A DNA stretch of 64,000 nucleotides from Patescibacteria group bacterium (lineage in GTDB: Bacteria > Patescibacteriota > JAQUNI01), in the NCBI GenBank assembly GCA_028717685.1, contig JAQUNI010000001.1:633329-697328 (forward strand). Direction: 5' to 3'. The stretch's first letter is position 1. Each line of letters begins with the position of its first letter. Under the pieces are notes generated by a model. That model did not search any database, had not been told where the DNA came from, and was given only the letters and a program-made list of their open reading frames with translations. A program made the translations under genes and the position numbers. Below, piece after piece: positions 59,435 to 64,000 of the stretch.

Positions 59435-60088
59435 ATGGCGAGTTTTAAAACCCATATTTCCTTTGGGATCATTTTAGGTATTGTAGCGATGGTTGCGGTT
59501 TTGTTTTACACCTCGCTTGCTAGCGGTTTTTTGTTTTCCGTTTTATTTTTTTTAGCCATTGTTTTAGGTTCCTTTCTGCCTGATTTTGACAGTGATGAAA
59601 GTATGCCCTTTCAAATTGTTTTCGGATTAGCGGCTTTGGTTTCCGCAGCGATCATTTTGATTTATTTTTATAAGCAAGATCCGCATAACTTTAAATTTTT
59701 AATCGGCGCGCCCCTTGCCGTTTTTATTTTTGTCCGATTTATTTTGGGCGCGATTTTTAAAAAGTTTACCCACCACCGCGGTATTTTTCATTCATTGCCG
59801 ATGATGGGTGCGGCGGCGCTCTCTGCGCTTTTAATCTTCAGCCAATTTAATTTTTCGCCCCGCGAAAAGATTCTGCTCGCAGGCGGGGTGGGCTTGGGAT
59901 TTTTAGGGCATCTTATTTTGGATGAACTGAAATCAGCTACACGCTTCAGAGGGATTTTTTTGATTCCGAGCCATTCCTTGGGGAGCGCTTTGAAACTGGT
60001 ATCGCGATCGCGGATTGCAACTGTTTTTCTTTATTTAATTTTAGCGGTTTTAATTGGTTCAAACTGGCCAATCCTGAAGCAATTTTGA
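59435..60088 (+). CDS. Metal-dependent membrane hydrolase (YdjM-like)
   Basis: FKTH, LPDFDS, HRGIFHS, HLILDE. Confidence 0.88.
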   Translation: MASFKTHISFGIILGIVAMVAVLFYTSLASGFLFSVLFFLAIVLGSFLPDFDSDESMPFQIVFGLAALVSAAIILIYFYKQDPHNFKFLIGAPLAVFIFVRFILGAIFKKFTHHRGIFHSLPMMGAAALSALLIFSQFNFSPREKILLAGGVGLGFLGHLILDELKSATRFRGIFLIPSHSLGSALKLVSRSRIATVFLYLILAVLIGSNWPILKQF

Positions 60089-60223
60089 ATGGATTAGCGA
60101 CAGCCCTTGAAGAGACTACTATATAAGACCATCTTTAAGATGTCGTTCTGGGAGATTATGTGGTAAAATAGAAATAGAAATAGGACTTTCGCGTTGGGTA
60201 ATAATTAAATTGAATATACTTAT

Positions 60224-60319
60224 TGTCATTCCCGCCCCGTAATAAATACGGGGTAAACTCCAGCGGGAATCCAGGATTAGTGCTATCAATCTGGATCCCC
60301 GATCGGGTCGGGGATGACA
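60224..60319. repeat. GTCATTCCCGC..GCGGGAATCCAG / CTGGATCCCCG..CGGGGATGAC palindromic element
   Basis: Terminal inverted repeats TGTCAT/ATGACA; nested CCCCGTA..TACGGGG insert. Confidence 0.8.
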
Positions 60320-60353
60320 TTAAACGCGAAAGTCCTGAAATTAAAATAAAAAT

Positions 60354-62405
60354 ATGGAGAACAATCAAAATTTAGAGGCCTTACTTCCGGAAAACCGAAA
60401 GCCATCTCCGAAGAAAAAAAAGCGAGCTAGTAAAGTAGTAGCTATTATTATTGCCGTTCTTCTTTTGGGAATAATGGTTATCTTAGGTATTCAGAGACTG
60501 ACTTTCAAACCGACTTCGATTCTTACCCCTTCTCTTCCCTCCGTCACTCGTAAGACCGAGGAGGTGAAAAAATTTGAGGGGGCGCAGGATTTCAAAGCTT
60601 ATCTGGAAAAGGGGGCTATGCTTTCCGACAGCAGCTACTATCCTTCCGGCGCGGGTTTAGGGGGCAATCTTTTAAGGGAGGGAATGCCGACTTCAGAAGC
60701 AGCCGCGCCTACTGCCGCGCCTACTGATCTTGCCAAAGAGACTCCTTCTTCCGAAAGAGCTTCCGAAACCAATGTTCAGGTGGCGGGAATTGATGAGCCG
60801 GATATTGTCAAAACCGACGGCAAGGAGATTTATTATTCCGGAACGAACCGCTATTATCCTCTATATAGTGAAGGATCAGAGAGCGTTCCTCCCTACAGCG
60901 AGGCAAAAACACGGATTTTGAGGGCTTTTCCACCTGAAGATTTAGCCAAGAAATCCGAAATTGACAAGACAGGCAATTTACTTTTGGATAAAGATATTTT
61001 GATTGTCTTTTCGGAGCCGAATATCATAGGCTACAATGTCGCCGACCCGGAGAAGCCGGAAAAGAAATGGGAGCTTGCGCTGGAAGAGAGCACTGCTCTA
61101 GTAGCGGCGCGTTTATATCAAGACAAAATCTATTTAGTAACCCGCAATCAAATTAACGGAAATGAGCCTTGTCCGATTAAACCCTTGAGCGTGAACGGGG
61201 TCGCTTTAGAGTTTTCTTGCGGAGATATTTATCATCCTTCTGAAGTTATTCCCGTGGATGTGACTTTTATGGCGATGACTATTGATCCCGACTCGGGCAA
61301 GGTGGAGGATAAAATTTCCTTTGTGGGTTCTTCAGGCTCTTCGGTAGTTTATATGTCTTCCGGCGCGCTCTATGTGACCTATACTTATTACTCGAGCGTG
61401 GCGGGATTTTTATTTGACTTTTATAAAAACAAAGCCTCGGATTTAATTTCCGAAGACGCTTTAAAGAAGTTGGAGAAAATTAAGGATTATGACTTGAGCG
61501 AGCGGGCGCGCCTCACGGAAATTGAGGTTATTCTGGCTAATTATGCGGCGTCGCTCGCGTCTGATGAAGCTTTAAGAATAGAGAATGAAACCACAAACCG
61601 TATGGCGGCTTACCAAAAAGAACATCAAAGGGAATTGGAAAAAACAGGAATTGTGAAGATAGGACTAGATAAAGGTTTAGAAGTGCAGGCGGCGGGGGCA
61701 GTGGCGGGTCGTCCCTTAAATCAATTTGCCCTGGATGAATATGAAAGCAATTTGCGCGTTGCCACGACGGTGGGCGGGCGAAGCGGATTTATAGGACAAG
61801 CAGAGAGCGCCAATGATGTTTATATTCTAGATAAAGAATTAGAGCCGAAAGGTCAAGTCCATGATTTGGGGGTTAGCGAGCGGATTTACGCGGTGCGGTT
61901 TATTGAAGACAAGGGTTATGTGGTGACCTTTAAAGAGACTGACCCTTTTTATGTTTTAGACTTAAGTAATCCCGAAAAGCCAGTGATGGCTGGAGAGCTT
62001 AAAATCCCGGGTTATTCTGGTTATTTGCATCCCATTACCAAGGATAAAATTTTAGGCATTGGCGAAGAAAATGGCAAAGTCAAAATTTCTTTTTTTGATG
62101 TTTCTACTGCCGCCAATCCCAAAGAATTGGACAAGTACCTTTTAGATGAATATTACTCCGCTGTTCTGGAAACGCATCATGCCTTCCTTCTGGATAAAAA
62201 GCATAATGTCTTTTTTCTGCCCGGGGAAAAGGGGGGATATATTTTTTCTTACGGGGATGAAAAGTTGAAACTGGTGAAAGCGGTTTCGGAATTTAATGTG
62301 GAACGCGCGATCTATCTTGATGACTATCTGTATATTATCAGCAACAGCAAGATCACCGTGCTCAATGAGACGAATTGGGAAACGGTCAAAGAATTGTCAT
62401 TTTAA
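60354..62405 (+). CDS. Secreted beta-propeller domain protein
   Basis: TNVQVAGIDEPDIVKTDG, LNQFALDE, LRVATT, ELKIPGYS.YLHP. Confidence 0.92.
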   Translation: MENNQNLEALLPENRKPSPKKKKRASKVVAIIIAVLLLGIMVILGIQRLTFKPTSILTPSLPSVTRKTEEVKKFEGAQDFKAYLEKGAMLSDSSYYPSGAGLGGNLLREGMPTSEAAAPTAAPTDLAKETPSSERASETNVQVAGIDEPDIVKTDGKEIYYSGTNRYYPLYSEGSESVPPYSEAKTRILRAFPPEDLAKKSEIDKTGNLLLDKDILIVFSEPNIIGYNVADPEKPEKKWELALEESTALVAARLYQDKIYLVTRNQINGNEPCPIKPLSVNGVALEFSCGDIYHPSEVIPVDVTFMAMTIDPDSGKVEDKISFVGSSGSSVVYMSSGALYVTYTYYSSVAGFLFDFYKNKASDLISEDALKKLEKIKDYDLSERARLTEIEVILANYAASLASDEALRIENETTNRMAAYQKEHQRELEKTGIVKIGLDKGLEVQAAGAVAGRPLNQFALDEYESNLRVATTVGGRSGFIGQAESANDVYILDKELEPKGQVHDLGVSERIYAVRFIEDKGYVVTFKETDPFYVLDLSNPEKPVMAGELKIPGYSGYLHPITKDKILGIGEENGKVKISFFDVSTAANPKELDKYLLDEYYSAVLETHHAFLLDKKHNVFFLPGEKGGYIFSYGDEKLKLVKAVSEFNVERAIYLDDYLYIISNSKITVLNETNWETVKELSF

Positions 62406-62444
62406 CCGTGGTTTATATCTAATCAATTTTCTTGAAGAAATTTT

Positions 62445-62777
62445 ATGCTTGAATCCGATTCGCGAAGAGCGGAGTTTCAAGGTTCTTCCCATGAGGAGGA
62501 GGCAGAAGCGCCGAAGAAGAAACCCTACAAATTAGTGGGTAATCTTAGCGGACAGAATGTAGAAATTTATACCCACGCTCACGATTTAGGCGAGGCAATC
62601 CATAACGCTGGATACCAATTGGAAGAAAAATATCGTGAACCGGAATATAGCCGCATTCCATATTTAAAAAAAAGATTTATGGAAAAGGTGATAGTGTATT
62701 GTCAGGAAGACGCAGATTCCGATTGGACTAAGATTGATTCCGGGGAAGTGAATAAGATACTAACTTGGAGGAAATGA
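62445..62777 (+). CDS. Hypothetical protein
   Basis: 110-aa ORF co-oriented with its neighbours. Confidence 0.55.
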   Translation: MLESDSRRAEFQGSSHEEEAEAPKKKPYKLVGNLSGQNVEIYTHAHDLGEAIHNAGYQLEEKYREPEYSRIPYLKKRFMEKVIVYCQEDADSDWTKIDSGEVNKILTWRK

Positions 62778-62893
62778 GAAAGGAAGGGATAATTTAACGC
62801 CCTTTAATTTAACCCGAATATTATCAATAATTAAAATTGCTTGGCACTCCTGCCTGCGTTCGTGGCAGGCAGGTTAATGCGGGCTAAAAAATT

Positions 62894-63532
62894 ATGGCAC
62901 AAGTTCAAGCACCTTCCGCTCCTTCATCAGGGGGGAACAAAAAAACAATTATTTTGATTGTGGTGATTGTTATCGTTGTGTGCGTTGTCGGCGCGGGGGT
63001 CGGCGGCTATTTGATTTTCAGAAAAATTAAGACAGCGGCGAAGAACAAAATTGAACAGACACTTACCAATCCTGCCGAGAATGGAGATTTATTGAATAAG
63101 CTTTCTGAAGAGGCAGATAACAGCGATGAGGCGGCGGAAGATTTTAAAAGGGTGGAAGATGTGGAAATAGCTGACAGTTATTTGAAGACATTGGATTCAA
63201 GCTTTCGCCCTGTACTCACGAGCGTTTTCGGCGAAGTAAAAATTACCAACTATCAGACTGATTATTTAGGTTTGGACATGGGTCAACAATTCTTGGAATA
63301 CACAGTGAGCCGCAATATCGTGGCGCGTGATCTAAATGCTATTTTGAGCAGTTTAAAACAAGCCGGTTACACGGTAGGAAGCAGCAACCAAGATAAAGAT
63401 GGGGCGAGTATATTGGCGGAGAAAAGTGGAGTCTCTTTAGAAATTACTTACTGGCATGATGATTCCACAATTGGCGTGGTCATAACACCCGTTGTTAAAG
63501 ATGAAACTAACGGGGACGGAACAGCGGAGTAA
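62894..63532 (+). CDS. Hypothetical membrane-anchored protein
   Basis: N-terminal TM followed by a soluble domain. Confidence 0.75.
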   Translation: MAQVQAPSAPSSGGNKKTIILIVVIVIVVCVVGAGVGGYLIFRKIKTAAKNKIEQTLTNPAENGDLLNKLSEEADNSDEAAEDFKRVEDVEIADSYLKTLDSSFRPVLTSVFGEVKITNYQTDYLGLDMGQQFLEYTVSRNIVARDLNAILSSLKQAGYTVGSSNQDKDGASILAEKSGVSLEITYWHDDSTIGVVITPVVKDETNGDGTAE

Positions 63533-63533
63533 T

Positions 63534-63578
63534 TTTAACCCGTTAGAAATAAATTCTAACGGGGCATAACGGGGTTTA
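63534..63578. repeat. CCCGTTAGA palindromic element with a duplicated right end
   Basis: CCCGTTAGAA-ATAAA-TTCTAACGGGG CA TAACGGGGTTTA. Confidence 0.75.
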
Positions 63579-63629
63579 CACCACTGGCGGCTTGCAGTAA
63601 AATAAAACTAGAAACTAAATATAAAATTT

Positions 63630-63950
63630 ATGACCAAAAAGAAAAAAGATTCCAGTAATTCCTTGGAAGATTTTATTATTAATTTATTAAAAGACAAGGG
63701 TTTAGCGGGCGAAGACAAGATGGTTTTTGAGCAATTAAAAAGCGATTTGATGGGTGATTTAGAAGAAAGGATTAATGCAGCAATCTTGGCGGCGATGCCC
63801 GAAGAAAGGCTTGCTAGTTTTGAGAAGATATTAGACACGGGCAGCGCGGCTGAAATCCAGAAATTTTGTATGGAAAATGTGCCTAATTTATCTGAAATTA
63901 CGGCTTTGGAAATGCTTAATTTTCGCAAGACCTATTTGACCGCCATTTAA
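63630..63950 (+). CDS. DUF5663-like small acidic protein
   Basis: LEERIN..IL..MPEE..F......EI..F..NVPN pattern. Confidence 0.65.
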   Translation: MTKKKKDSSNSLEDFIINLLKDKGLAGEDKMVFEQLKSDLMGDLEERINAAILAAMPEERLASFEKILDTGSAAEIQKFCMENVPNLSEITALEMLNFRKTYLTAI

Positions 63951-64000
63951 GAGGAAAGATAAAGATATGAAGGGGAGTGAGAATATTGGTTTTTTGCCTG

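Noticed and set aside
63487-63515. CCCGTT..AACGGG palindrome in the 3' end of a CDS
   Set aside because: Only 6-bp arms; could be chance despite resembling the adjacent element

Overview
Bacterial chromosomal window using the standard code 11. It looks like Patescibacteria (CPR): an RpoD with a Lys/Arg-rich N-terminal extension, a DUF5663-like protein, many small membrane or secreted proteins, and many short palindromic intergenic elements. This placement is inference, not phylogeny. Core genes are pyk, dnaG, rpoD, murJ, tRNA-Ser(GGA) and tRNA-Asn(GTT). There are two glycosylation clusters (GT2/STT3-like GT-C, and flippase-GT2-deacetylase) and several nucleotide hydrolases (MazG, three NUDIX, two HD). 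Five observations stand out. (1) The tRNA-Ser locus is layered: a GIY-YIG nuclease sits between a disrupted and an intact tRNA 5' end, and 3'-end duplications follow. (2) A four-helix-bundle gene is flanked by inverted heptamer tracts, and cargo-less heptamer hairpins occur elsewhere. (3) A ~22 kb accessory array downstream of tRNA-Asn has two families of repeated boundary hairpins and no integrase. (4) That array holds an apparently circularly permuted radical SAM protein and a ~1200-aa tandem-repeat protein with a partner gene. (5) A palindromic element is inserted in frame in a glycosyltransferase. All family calls come from motif recognition by eye; no searches were run.
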